DNA from: Macrostomum lignano
Taxonomy: Eukaryota
Length of the DNA stretch: 64,000 nt
Assembly: GCA_002269645.1 (NCBI GenBank)
Contig: NIVC01002907.1
Span: forward strand, 1-64,000
Reading direction: 5' to 3'
Shown in pieces: positions 12,757-24,678 of this stretch (position 1 is its first letter; every line of letters starts with the position of its first letter). The translations under genes and the position numbers were made by a program. Under the pieces are notes generated by a model. The model did no database searches and was not told the origin of the DNA. It was given only the letters and a program-made list of their open reading frames with translations.

Positions 12757-13296
12757 ATGGACTCAGACGAGCACTCTGGCTCCGGGTTTGGGGCAACGCC
12801 AGGCGCGACAGCCAACGCCGGAGGAGGCAGTCTGGACGATGGCCGACCGATTGGCCGGTGCTCGCCAATCCGGGACCAGGACCGCTTCCTGCCCATTGCC
12901 AACATATCGAAGATTATGAAGCGAACAATACCGGAGACTGGCAAAATCACTAAAGAGGCGAAAGAGTGCGTGCAAGAGTGTGTGTCCGAGTTTATCTCCT
13001 TTGTCACGTCCGAAGCGTCGGACAGATGCCAGGAGGAGAAGCGGAAGACAATGAACGGCGAGGACATCCTGACGGCGATGCAGGCTGTCGGCCTAGACAG
13101 TTACATTGAGCCGCTGAAAGTCTACCTGATGAAGTATCGGGAGGCCAATAAATTGGAGGCGGCCAACGAACGGGCCGCCAATCCGCAGGGCGGCGGCGGC
13201 ACCGGAGCAGCGGGCGGAGCCAGCGGCGGTGGCGGTGACGACGGCGCTGTGGGTGGAGGCGGAGCCGGCGGCACCGTGTTTGTCTCTTTCAACTGA
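12757..13296 (+). CDS. NFYB: Nuclear transcription factor Y subunit beta (CBF-A/HAP3 histone fold), intronless CDS, 179 aa
   Basis: [15 protein letters not shown]...[42 protein letters not shown] near 13376. Confidence 0.93.
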   Translation: MDSDEHSGSGFGATPGATANAGGGSLDDGRPIGRCSPIRDQDRFLPIANISKIMKRTIPETGKITKEAKECVQECVSEFISFVTSEASDRCQEEKRKTMNGEDILTAMQAVGLDSYIEPLKVYLMKYREANKLEAANERAANPQGGGGTGAAGGASGGGGDDGAVGGGGAGGTVFVSFN

Positions 13297-13655
13297 CAGA
13301 TGCAGGCAGCCTTCCTGTTCCCTCCCTTGCTCCTCCTTAATGTTTCTGCCAATTGTCAAAAGCACCTTTATTACAATAAAAATACTACAAAAATCGGGTG
13401 GGCCGCTCAGCAGATTTGCTTACATGCTACTACTGTCAGTTCAGTAGAAAGCTAAATAGAACCTTATTTAATTTACGAAATACTTCAGCACCGGAACCTA
13501 TTTGACCCTATTACCCGCCAGCTGAACCCTGCGACCGCCTTTTGCCACACAAAATTTCTGCCCCGCCGCTAATGTACATGAGATTCAGCCAATGTACACT
13601 TTCCTTAATTGCTACTCAGGCAATAGTAATAAAGAATCTGTTTTTTCCCAAAGGA

Positions 13656-13953
13656 GGGGTTGTAGCTTAGTTAGAGCGTCGGACTCACGACTGATAGATA
13701 GGTCGGGGGTTCGATTCTCGACCCACTCGGAACAATTTGTATCCTTGAGCAAGACACTTAACTCTGCATTGCTTCAGTTCACCCAGCTGTAAAATGGGTG
13801 CCAGCATTAGCTGGGGTAATTGAGGCTGTGTGGCGACCCCCCAGTCCTTGGACTGAACAGCCGTACGCAGCCTTCAGATGCGCCCCGCAATAGCTGCGGC
13901 TGAGCTGTTTATTGCACATCTGCACATTGGGGCAGGTGTAATCAATTATTATT
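13656..13953 (+). mobile_element. tRNA-derived SINE, copy 1 (near full length)
   Basis: A-box-like tagcttagttag, B-box ggttcgattct, central ccttgagcaagacacttaact...ctgtaaaatggg, and an (ATT)n tail. Four more copies in the window. Confidence 0.85.
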
Positions 13954-14386
13954 AATTTTATTACAATTAATATTTTACCAAGCAAATACGCCTAAGTGGC
14001 CCATCTAGTTATGTGGTGGTTATTTATAGGAAGGATGAAATGATAAATAATATTTCTGGTTAGTAGTATATGAGATGTTTTGCGTAAGATTCTTAGGATC
14101 TTAACAGAAACCATCCCAGAGTCAGAAGAAAGCATAAATGAAAGGCACTTCTAGGTTTTTGGCTAGCTGGTGATGTACAAAGGAAATTCGTCAGACTTAA
14201 GTGCTTGACATTTTCATAGCTGAATTAAAACTATTTAATTTAATTTGTTTTATAAAATTCTGAGCTGCTACCTGCTAGTGAATTCTAATTAGTCTTTACC
14301 CAGTAACTCCCACTGACTTGCTATGCACACTCATTAGTACATATATACACTCTAATAATCACGCTTGAAACTCCATTTGTTTAAAT

Positions 14387-14578
14387 TAGAGGTCGGCAAA
14401 CTTTTTTACCTCAAGGCCAGAGAGAGGAAAGGAGAAGGAATGGAAGATGAGAGGGGAGAGATAGCATGAGAGAAGAGATAAGAGGAAAGAGAGAGCTGAG
14501 AAGAGACACAAACCTTGAGCGGGCCGGATCGCTATTGTGAAGTTTCAAAGGACCCGAGGGTCGGAGTTTGCCGACCTG
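14387..14578. mobile_element. hAT-type MITE, short copy
   Basis: Ends tagaggtcggcaaac / gtttgccgacctg. Degenerate 8-bp TSD gtttaaat/ctttaaaa. Homologous to 56190-56828 in the opposite orientation. Confidence 0.7.
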
Positions 14579-15013
14579 CTTTAAACTAAAACTGTTGTCC
14601 TTCATGATAAACCTGACTACGAGAAGCCCCCTGTCCCTCCGGATGTTTTGCATTTCTTGATTACCACCATTATTACTGTCCTAAGCGATTTTTAAACACA
14701 AATAATATAATCCTTTCTCCTTCGTGTTGTTCTTTTGTTTGACTGTAATTTATACTGTTTGATGGTAAAAATTGTTGTATTTACGTATGATATTGATAGC
14801 TTATTATATAATTTATTGTTATTTGTCTGTTTGCACCAATAGTTGCACTATAATATGTTATATATAATTTATAATATAATAATTATTCATATCAACTTGC
14901 GCTCTGGACGAATACTCTTCTAGCGCGCTGTGTACAGTGGCTAAATGTGACGCTTATTATTATTTTATTTGTCTATTTAACAAGGAGTAACATTGCTAGC
15001 AACAGCAATGTCT

Positions 15014-15553
15014 CATCATTAGCCAGGCTGGCTCTGGTTTAGCCTCAGCCAGCTGGCGTCATTAGCCAGGCTGGCTCTGGTAGCCTCAGCCAGCTGGCAT
15101 CATTAGCCAGGCTGGCTCTGGTAGCCTCAGCCAGCTGCCATCATTAGCCAGGCTGGCTCTGGTTTAGTCTCAGCCAGCTGGCATCATTAGCCAGGCTGCC
15201 TCTGGTTTAGTCTCAGCCAGCTGGCATCATTAGCCAGGCTGGCTCTGGTAGTCTCAGCCAGTTGGCATCATTAGCCAGGCTGCCTCTGGTAGCCTCAGCC
15301 AGCTGCCATCATTAGCCAGACTGGCTCTGGTACCCTCAGCCAGCTGGCATCATTAGCCAGGCTGGCTCTGGTAGCCTCAGCCAGCTGGCATCATTAGCCA
15401 GGCTGGCTCTGGTAGTCTCAGCCAGCTGGCATCATTAGCCAGGCTGCCAATGGTTTAGTCTCAGCCAGCTGGCATCATTAGCCAGGCTGGCTCTGGTAGT
15501 CTCAGCCAGCTGGCATCATTAGCCAGGCTGGCTCTGGTTTAGTCTCAGCCAGC
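15014..15553. repeat. 41-43-bp minisatellite (catcattagccaggctggctctggtagcctcagccagctgg)
   Basis: Direct tandem repeats ending about 50 bp before the RRM-gene acceptor. Confidence 0.9.
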
Positions 15554-15613
15554 CCCAGTATGTTTGGCATCGAATCGTGACTACTCTTGACCTGCTTGCA
15601 GACTCTTTGAGCG

Positions 15614-18600
15614 ATGCCGAACTACTGCCAGTGCCCACCAGATCATTCCGGCCTCTGGGCCTCCGTGTACGTCGCTGGGGTGCCGTATTCGAAGTCCGCC
15701 CGCTCCCGTGTTCAAAATTTTTTCTCGGCCGCCGGCCGAATCATGTCCGTTCGAGTTTGCGCTCCGAGAAAGGATAATTTTGGGGGGTGAGTGCAACTGT
15801 ACAACTCGGGCTGGTATGGTAAAGTCCTGAAGTTATTCATGAGACTTCTCCGATTAGACACCAGTGAAGATTTCATTTCTTAGCCATCTGTGTGATTTAA
15901 TCCCATCATAACCTTATGTGGTGTGGCGAATTGATCCCATCATAGCCGTATGTTGTGTGTGGGAATCAAACCATCAATGGTATTTATGGGAAGTTTATCC
16001 CATCAATAACTATTTATGGGGATTTTATCCCATAACCATTAATGAGGATTTTATCTCATCACAACTAACGATTTATGGGGTGGGGATTTTATCCCGTAAT
16101 AACGAACCATTTATGGGGATTTTATCCCATCATAACCATTTATGGGAAGTTTATCTCATCATAACTAACGATTTATGGGGTGGGGATTTTATCGCATAAC
16201 CATTTATGGGAAAATTATCCCATCATAACCATTTATGGAAAGTTCATTTCATCATAACTAACGATTTATGGGGTGGGGATTTTATCCCTTGACTTACTTG
16301 ACTTAGCTGCAGGGCGGTCCGAAGACGCAGCGGGGAGGCGAGCGTCGCCCATTCCGCTAATCCCTGAAAGACCCGCAAAGGCTAGGGCGCGGGGCCGGTC
16401 AGGGAGGTCTGCCGGTCCTGTCTGCAGCGTTGTCTTCGGTGGGGAAGACGGAGGCTCGCTTAGTGGCCCGGAGGAACCGGATGAGCCGTGGGATGTTCTC
16501 GGGCCGGCAAACGTCGTCCAGGGACGGGTTGGGCCCGAGGTGGTTGAGCCGGTCTCGGTTGAAGGCCGGGCAGTAGCAGACGAAGTGCTTAGCGTCTTCG
16601 TTTTCGAGGTTGCAGAAAGGGCAGAGTTCGCTCCGGCGGGCACTTCGGAGGAAACAGTGCCTGGCAAAGCAACCATGACCTGTGAAGGTCATAGTGAGAG
16701 CACGGATATCTTTTCGATTTTGGTTCAAAAGGATTCTCCGCAGCTTGAGGGACGGATTGGGCACTGCCGCACGAGATTGGCGGCAGTTGGAGATACCATC
16801 CCATCTGCGCAAGTGCAGGATGTCCGCCCAGTCGTTAATCTGACGATTAATGACTGGCGGGGATGGGGGCCAGGGGCACGGGGCCAAGGGGCGAGCCGGA
16901 ACAGCCCGCCTTAGCGAGGGAGTCGGCGAGCTCGTTGCCTTTGAAGCCGGCGTGTCCTGGGATCCACGTAAGCTCGACGGTGTTCCTCCGAGCCAGCTTG
17001 TTGAGCTGCCCGATACAGTCGCGGACTGTTCGGGAGTTCGTAGTGGTGTGACACAGGGCCTGTAAAGCGGCCTGGCTGTCAGAGTGGAAGAAGATTCTTC
17101 TGTCCTTGAAGTCCCTGCAGTGGAGCTCAGCTGCACAGGAGCTGATGGCAAGGACTTCGTTCTGGAAGACGCTGGAGAGTCTGCCAGTGTGTTGGGCGTG
17201 AGTAGCGATCACGCGGCCGTTGATAAGGATGCAGACTCCAAAGCCGGATAAGCCGTCTTTAGAGGATCCGTCAGTAAAGCAGTGAACCTCCTGAGGGGCC
17301 CAGCTGTCGTTGGCGTTCTCCCTGGAGGGGATAGTGACCTTGAAGCGTTGGTAGAGACTGAGGGAGCGCGGCTCAGCGTCCGACAGGACAGCCGCACTCC
17401 CAGTCTCCTCCAGAACTTTAAGGCACAGGTCAGAGTGCGGCAGGAGCTTGCGCTTCGCCATCGCTCTTTGTGGCTTGAAGCTAACGCCAGCTTCGATGAG
17501 CCGGCGGGTCGTTTTAGCAGCCTCGCGACGGACAAAGATGTCCAGAGGCGGAAGGCAAAGAAAGGCGTTGAGGCCGTCAAAGGGAGTAGAGAGCGGGGCA
17601 TTCAGGATCATGCGGCACGCACGTCCCTGCACCTTTTTGAGGGCTTCGTGGCAGGTTTTAATCTGCAAGGCGCTTGTCCAGACCAGGCCGGCGTAAGTAA
17701 CGGCCGGTCGGACCATTGCTGTATAGATCCACCAGAGCCGTTTTGGGGTGAGGCCCCAGGTGGTGCCGACGGCCCTGCGCAGCTGCGCAAGAATCGCGAG
17801 GGCTTTTTTGGTTTTGGCCTGGACGTGGGTGGACCAGCTCAGCCGATGGTCCAGCGTCACGCCGAGACACTTGGTTTGCTTGCAGGATGGAATTTCCACC
17901 CCGTAAAGCTTTAGTGGGCGAATACGCCAGTTAACCCTGCTGGTGAACATGATCGCGACAGTTTTGGTCTCGGAGAGCCTGAGGCCGCACCTGTCCGCCC
18001 ATCGTTCAGCAGAGCGAATAAAGTTTTGCAGAAGATCCCTAAGGGTTTCAGGTGACGGTCCGGATGCCACGGCTGTGACATCATCGGCGTAACCGACCTT
18101 GAGGATGGGGTCAAGATGGCTGTCCTGGAGGAGCTCATCAATGACCATGTTCCAGAGAACTGGAGAGAGGACACCGCCCTGGGGGCTGCCTTTGCAGACG
18201 GTAACCGTCCGTTGGTGGCCCAACAGGTGTGCGGTGGCAGTACGGTGGCTGATCATATGCATGATCCACCGGGTGAGGTGCGAGTGGGTTCCTCTAGCAC
18301 GTAGAGCTCTGTCAAAAGCCTCAAAGAGGACATTATCGAAGGCTCCAACAATGTCGAGGAAGACAGCGAGAGCGTAGCCATTACCAAGAACGGCTTTCTC
18401 CAGCATGTCAACCAAAACGTGAAAGCGCGCTCTCCGTGGACCTGCCTGCCCGAAAGGCGTGCTGGTTCTCACTGAGCGGCTTGTTCTTCAGTTCCACAGA
18501 GAGGAGGCGCCAGAGCACTAGTCTCTCTAACAGCTTCACCAATGAGGAGGTGAGGCTAATTGGTCTGAAGGATTTAATGGACCGGTAGTCCGGTCGGCCG

Positions 18601-21600
18601 GGCTTGGGGATAAAGACCACCTTGGCCTCGGTCCAGGGTTTCGGAACAAAGCCGAGAACAATGCAGGCTTTCAGAAGCCGGCAAAGGTTCCGCAGGAAAC
18701 CGGTGCATTTCACCGCATCTCGCAGGAAGGCTGGCACAACGCCGTCCGGTCCTGGGGATTTGAAGGGTTTGAAGGAGGAGACTGCTTTAGTAACGCGGTC
18801 CTCCGTGATGATTGAGTCAGCCAGTACGTGTCCGCCCACTGAGTGATCAGGGGGGTCGGGCCTGGCTGGCTCGTTCGGGAAAAACGCTGTTAGCATCGCT
18901 TCCAGTGTTTCTCCTGGGTTCTCAGTGAGCGAGCCGTCGGCTCTCTTGACTGAGGAGAGTTTGGACATTTTGTCCCAGGGTGAGGGCTTTAACGATTCTG
19001 GAGGTAGGGCGGGAGCCCTCAAGTTCCTCACAGTACGAGTATTCGCGCCACTTGTTGGTTTTGGCGTTCCTAACCTGCCTCTTGAACTCGTGGATAGAGT
19101 TCAGGTAGGCGGTTTGGTCGGCCGGGTTTTTAGTTTTTTGGGCCCTACGGTGAAGCCTTTTGGCTCTACGACGGAGGTCGCCAAGCTGCGGGTTCCACCA
19201 TGGGGCCGACTGTTTGCCTTTATATGCATTTAGTGGGCATGAGGCTTCGAAGGCAGCAGTGAGCGAGTCCGTAAGTGCGGCCGCAAATTCATCTGCTTCC
19301 TCGCAGGTGTTGATGGAGACTGGAGTGCTAGTGCAACGATAGGTCTCCTCCAGGGCAAGCCTGAAGGCGGTCCAGTCGGTATTCCTAGCATTCCGTTTCC
19401 AGTAAAGCTGGCCTGCGTTTCAGGCGCTGGTCAGCGTGAAAGAGATGAACTTGTGATCGGAGAGGGACGCCTCAGGAAGCACCCGCCAATCCCTAGTGCT
19501 CTGGAAGAGCCTGGGCGTGGCGAGGGTGGCATCCAGCACCTCCGATCGGCGTCCGTTATTGAAGGTAGGGGTACTACCCGAGTTACAGAACTCAAGGGTT
19601 GTAGTAGCAATATAAGCCAGGAAGTCTTCACCTCTCTGGTTAATATCAGAACTGCCCCAGTGGGTGTGGTGGGCGTTGATATCGCCTGCCACAAGCAGCT
19701 CATAATTTCTGGTGGAGCAGAGCTCGACCAGTGTGACAAGCTCCCCTGGGATCATCTCGCCGTCGCCCGGTAGGTAAACCGAGGCGATAAGGGTAGTCCT
19801 CCCAGGGAGTATGTCTTCAGATTGGATGACGCAGATGTCCCTGGTGGACAGGTCCGATCTGAGCCATGCGTTAATAGAATTGGACACCATGATGCAGGAT
19901 CTTGGTGCCAGGTTTCCCTCCCGGGTGCCAGCAGTTAAACACTGGTAGCCGGTGGGGACATGTTGGGGCCTGCCCCTTAGCGTCCAAGGTTCCTGGATAA
20001 GGATAATCCCTGGTGCGTATTGGTCAGTGTGCTTCAAGAGGTTGACTGAAGCAGCAATGCTGTGCTGCAGGTTGACCTGCAAGCAGTGGATGCCCTGGGA
20101 GACAGTCATGTCTACTGTCCAGGGGAGGAGAAAAACAACTCATTCTCAGCCCCATCGGTGAGAGTTGAGTCGCCAATTTCCATTGGCTCAGGCTCAGCCG
20201 CCTCCCCAACCGCCGCAGAGCTGGACACGGCGCCCACGGCAGGTGAGTCACCTAGCCGCGCTACACGCCCTCCTCCCCAGCGACTGGGGTACGGCTGCTG
20301 CCTTCGCCTTGCGCCCCGCCGTCGGGAGTCTGAGCTCGGCCGGCAGCGTCCTCCTGGTGGTAATCCCACCAGTTGGAAGGCTGAGCCATGCCGTCGTTCA
20401 GTTCCCTCGGCTGGCTTTCAGTGCTTTTGCGAGCGGCACGAGTCTGCTCGAGGTGAAGTCTCAGAGACTGAGCTTCGTCAAGTGCGCGCTGGATTAGACC
20501 GGACCGCCGGTTACTGCGGGCGGGTCTACGTCCGCGCGAGACGGACTCAGCAGCGCAAATAGCCTTGTTAGGCTCGGGATCAGGTTGCTGCTGCCGCTTG
20601 GCCGGCGGAGCCTGAGCCCCAGCTCTGGGAGCGGCGCGCTTCCGATCTTTCTTGGTCTCCACCTTGCCCTCCTCACAACGGAGGATGGTCAGTTGATGGA
20701 GACCAAGGTGGAGGTTTGTGCCGTGCGGTAGCCGCTTGGCCCATCCCTCCGTCAGGCCGAGGATGACGGTGGCCCCGGTCGTGCCCTTGCGGACCGTGCT
20801 GTGGTACACAAGACCACTGGCGTCGAGATCCGGGTGCCGCTTGAGCAGGAGCTGCCGCAGCTGCTCCCCGGACTTGATTGCACTGTCGGCCGGGACCCAA
20901 ATCCGATGGCGGATGGTCTTCGGCCGCTCGCTCTCCAAGGCGAAGGTCAGCTGGCCCAGGTCGCTGTGCCAGTCGAACTTGGGCAGCTGATCCCGCAGGA
21001 GCTGGGTGCTTTCCTTGGATTTGCACCACAGTAGGATGCACCCGTTCGCCTTGGTGGACTTAACGATGTCCACAAAGACACCCTCCAGGGTTAGATTGAG
21101 CAAGCCCTCGTCGATGGTGCGCCACGCGACGTCGAGCTGCTCGGGCGTCAGGTCGAAATCCCCGCCGAGGATCATCACGGCGGGTTGCAGCGGCTGCTTG
21201 ACCTTGGAGGCGTAGGACTCGGAGGTCTTGAGCGGGGCCGCTTTGTCTTTGGAAGGCGGTAGGCCGGCAGGGTTGCCCCCCTGAGAGTCCGAGGACACGG
21301 CGGTTCCTGACGGCCCAGCCGCACCACCGGACTCCCCAGAGGGCCTCCCCGCTGCGGTGGCTCCCGAAAGCCTCACTGCGGCTTTCCCGCCCTCCACGGA
21401 CGCAGCAGCAGCCCGCTTCTCCTGCCGCTTACGGTTGCGGCGGATGTTTCGCTGCCGTCGGGACTCGGCCGTGCGCGGTCGGCTAGACTGGCGGCCAGGG
21501 TGATCAGCCTGGCCCGGTTGGACCAGGTTGGGCGTTGGAGCTACCAGTGGTAGCTACCGGAGCGGCTGATCCCGGTGGGCCAGAGGCGACCGGGTCAGTT

Positions 21601-24445
21601 TCTTTAGGAATGGTGGCAATAGTGGCCATAGCTGAAAAGCGGGGGGAGGGCTACTCGTTATGCGAGTTGAGTACCCGACTGGCCGACACCTCAAGCCAGC
21701 CGGTTTGAAAAAAGGACCGCTAGCGACCGGACTACTCCCCGGCCTTCCAGCCCATCGGCACGGTCAAACACCTTAGGCATTAGAGGGTACGTTAAGCAGT
21801 ACCACGGCCTGCAGGCTGGCGAGCCAGACCCGCATACCCAAATTCGGCCGAAGCCACTGGATAGGGTCGCCAGCGCCGGAGCCCAGTCTGTCCAGCAGCC
21901 CTAGGGTCTGCCTTGAACACACGCGGGGACGGGTACCCCTGGGTCGACTTGCGAGACAGCGTGGGGGAGTCTGCGGCTGCCAGAGGCAAATAGAGGGTGC
22001 AGACCTCCCACCAGCCTTGACCTGCTGAAGATAGGGGCAGGCGTGAAGCATCGCAGACCTTAGCTCGTAGGCCTAGTCTGTCTCATACTTCACTGGCATG
22101 CTGAATACGCCTTCGCGTGCGGGGATTTTATCCCATAACCATTTATGGGAAAATTATCCCATCATAACCATTTATGGGAAATTTATCTCATTATCCCATC
22201 ATAACCATTTATGGGAAATTTATCTCATTATCCCATCATAACCATTTATGGGAAGTTTATCTCATCATAACTAACGATTTATGGGGTAGGGATTTTATCC
22301 CATAGCCATTTATGGGCATTTTGTCCTATCATAACAACATTTATGGGAAGTTTATCCCATCATAAATAACCATATATGGGGAGTGTATCCCATCAAATGG
22401 ATATTTTCTACTTCCGCTTTCTTCGCCCTGCCCCTGCATTCTCTCGCGTCGCCACCCTGCACCGCAGGACCGGCTTCGCTTTCGTTGACTTCGCCTGTGC
22501 GCACGGCGCCTACGCCGCTGTGCTGCGATTCAATGGCAGCAAATTCCACGGCTGCCGCCTCTCAGTCCAGCTGGCTGAGAGCGGCCTCCGCAACCAGCTG
22601 CAGCCGGCGCCATGGTCTCTGGCTGGCGGCGCTGTCAATGGGCGCCAGAAGGAGTCCAGCATCTATCTGGTGAATGCCCGCGCCCTGAGTCGACAGCACC
22701 TATTTACAGAGGTGCTCAAACTGGTTAAGCCGCTGGGCAAGATCGAACAGATTAAGATTAATTGGAATCCTGTCCGAGAGTTGTGGAATGCCTTCGTCTA
22801 TTCGCCTGGTGAGCGCCGCTGGTGTTTGATGTTCGATTCTTGACTTGTCTGGCATTTTCTGCTTTTAGATTTCTTAGATTAGAAGGAAATTGGATTTTTC
22901 AGCAACCTCTTCAATGATCATCGGGAATTTAGCACCCTGCTTGTACAGGAAAGAGTGACACTATCTAAAGTTGAGTTTATAAAAATGAGCAGTAACTGAG
23001 GCGCAAGATCCAGACGGTTGTATTTATAAGACATTAACTAGGGCGGGGGGGTTTAAGTGCAAGATAAGGAGGGGCAGAGTGCGCGACTAAGGAAAGATGC
23101 GAGATTCAAGAGCCAATCAGAAAGCAACGAGGGACAGAGATAAGAATAACAAGATTAGACTGGCCAGAGAGGGAGAAAAGACAAAGTAAACAGAGACAAG
23201 TGCAGATGAACTAAAAAATGACAAAGATTAAGAAAATCGCGACACCCATGTTACTCGTACAGTCAGGAATGTCAAATTCGGGCCATAGACAGATTCCTCG
23301 GTTCCAATTTATGCCCGTATTTACTGTTAGAAGGGCCATAGATTTGCTGAGTTTTATGCAAACTTATATATAATAATAATAATAATTGATTACACCTGCC
23401 CCAACGGGAAGATTTGCAACCAACAGCTCAGCCGCGGCTGTTACGCATCTGAAGGCTGCGTACGGCTGTTCAGTCCAAGGACTGAGGGGTCGCCACGCAC
23501 CCTCAATTACCCCAGCTAATGCTGGAACCAATTTTACAGCTGGGTGAACTGAAGCAATGCAGAGTTAAGTGTCTTGCTCAAGGACACAAATTGTTTCGGG
23601 TGGTTTGAGAATCGAACCCCCGACCTTTCAGTTGATATTTTAGTATCGATACAATATATAAGACAATATACGAGTACTTGGTGTTTTGGAAGTCGCATGC
23701 TTTCTGTATCTGTAGCATAAAAAGATTTATTGCTTAAATCCAAAAGTAAGCCGCTTTGAGAATACCTCCTACCCCCCAGACAAGTTTAAACAGACTTAAC
23801 CAGAAAAAGAGTTTTGTGGATTCCCAGAATCGACTGAGCTAAGGTTGTCCTTCCCGATCTGCAGATCCCAGCTTCGCCGAGCGCGCCGTCTCCAAGCTGA
23901 AGGGCGTCCGCATCTTGGACTCTGAGGTGGAAATTGGCGCCTTCAGACAGGCCGAGTCGCGCCCAGTGAAAACCGGTCGCGGCGGCGGCGGCGGAGCTGG
24001 CGGAAAGCCCGACGCCATGTCGCAGCCGCTGTGCGAGCTATCCGAAGCTGAGCTGCTTCATCAGCGCCGGTTGGCAGTTGAGGCTGGCACCGGCTTCGCT
24101 GCCGATAATCCGCTCCTGTCGGACAGTCGGGCAAGCCAACGGCTCAAGCGCGCTGTTGACCGCCTAGCAGAGCTGCTCTGCCTGGTCCCGTTCCAGGCCA
24201 GTCGGCTGCTGCTGCTGCCAGACACTGAGCCGCCGCAGCTCACTTTGATGAAGGCCTCGAAGTCCAAGACAATGACAACTGGTGCGTCGGCAACTTCAGC
24301 GCCAACGGTGCCAAAGTCTAGAGACGCACCATCGGCGATCGAGGAGACCAGCGAGCTGGAGATCAATTACCGGCTGATGTGCTCTGGGGAGCAGTTTGCT
24401 CGCTCATCCGACCTGCTGGCCGCCCCCGCCGAGGACTGGCAGTGA
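15614..24445 (+). CDS. Two-RRM RNA-binding protein, about 364 aa; exons 15614-15786, 22468-22808, 23865-24445
   Basis: Exon 1 has RNP2-like SVYVAGVPY. Splicing GG|GTGAGT...CAG|G creates RNP1 GGTGFAFVDF. A second RRM (SIYLVN...NAFVYSP|DPSFAERAVSKLKG) spans exons 2 and 3. All phases are consistent. Confidence 0.8.
15895..16288. repeat. About 29-30-bp satellite (tcccatcataaccatttatggggatttta), left part of an array split by the LINE
   Basis: Tandem repeats; the same unit resumes at 22121-22395. Confidence 0.85.
16399..20109 (-). pseudogene. LINE ORF2 (AP endonuclease, reverse transcriptase, RNase H, CCHC finger), disrupted
   Basis: APE: QVNLQH..IQEPW..GDINAHH..SDH. RT: PQGGVLSP..YADD. RNase H: FTDGS..QNE..SDSQAA..WIPGH..NELAD. 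CCHC: CPFC..H..C. In-frame TGA at 19420-22 and 1-nt frameshifts near 18975, 18424 and 16860. Confidence 0.9.
20112..21629 (-). pseudogene. LINE ORF1 (gag-like, DUF4780-like), probably frameshifted near 21550 and possibly near 20400-20570
   Basis: 378-aa ORF 20261-21397. Upstream ATG at 21629 is in another frame. An alternative acidic C-terminus ends TAG at 20112, two bases before the ORF2 ATG. Confidence 0.65.
22121..22395. repeat. Right part of the satellite split by the LINE
   Basis: Same unit as 15895-16288. Confidence 0.85.
23371..23632 (-). mobile_element. tRNA-derived SINE, copy 2 (5'-truncated, B-box retained)
   Basis: Reverse-complement match to copy 1, including the tail. Confidence 0.85.
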
Positions 24446-24624
24446 AAGTGTTACACTGACCTTGGTAGGAAGTTCCAATTCACTGCTTAGAAGATTCGCA
24501 GAGAGATAGGCCTTTTGTTGTATAATAACTACTTATTTTAAGTAGTATGGTTTTATTAAAATTGCATGCGTTGCACTTTTCTGTTCCCAGTTTTTATTGT
24601 CGTTTCTCTACTGCAAAATCAGAC

Positions 24625-24678
24625 CTGCCAAGCCTCTCTATCCGGTCCTCGGGTCCTTTAAAACTTCACAATAGTTTA
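24625..24678. mobile_element. Fragment of the hAT MITE family
   Basis: atccggtcctcgggtcctttaaaacttcacaatag matches the 37-bp internal unit of 56190-56828. Confidence 0.5.

Larger units (their letters stand above)
16289..22120 (-). mobile_element. Full-length non-LTR retrotransposon, LOA/R1-group type (ORF1; ORF2 = APE-RT-RNase H-CCHC), 5832 bp
   Basis: 14-bp TSD ggggattttatccc (16275-16288, 22121-22134). 3' tail is a short TAAGTCAAG tandem. Domain order is read from the ORFs. The clade call rests on domain architecture, not phylogeny. Confidence 0.9.

Noticed and set aside
14870-14965. Possible LINE/SINE 3' tail fragment ending in (ATT)n
   Set aside because: Too short to assign and no second copy in the window.
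21900-22120. HDV-like ribozyme in the LINE 5' UTR
   Set aside because: A UCCCCGC loop-like motif is present, but I could not pair P3/P1 by hand. It needs an RNA motif search.
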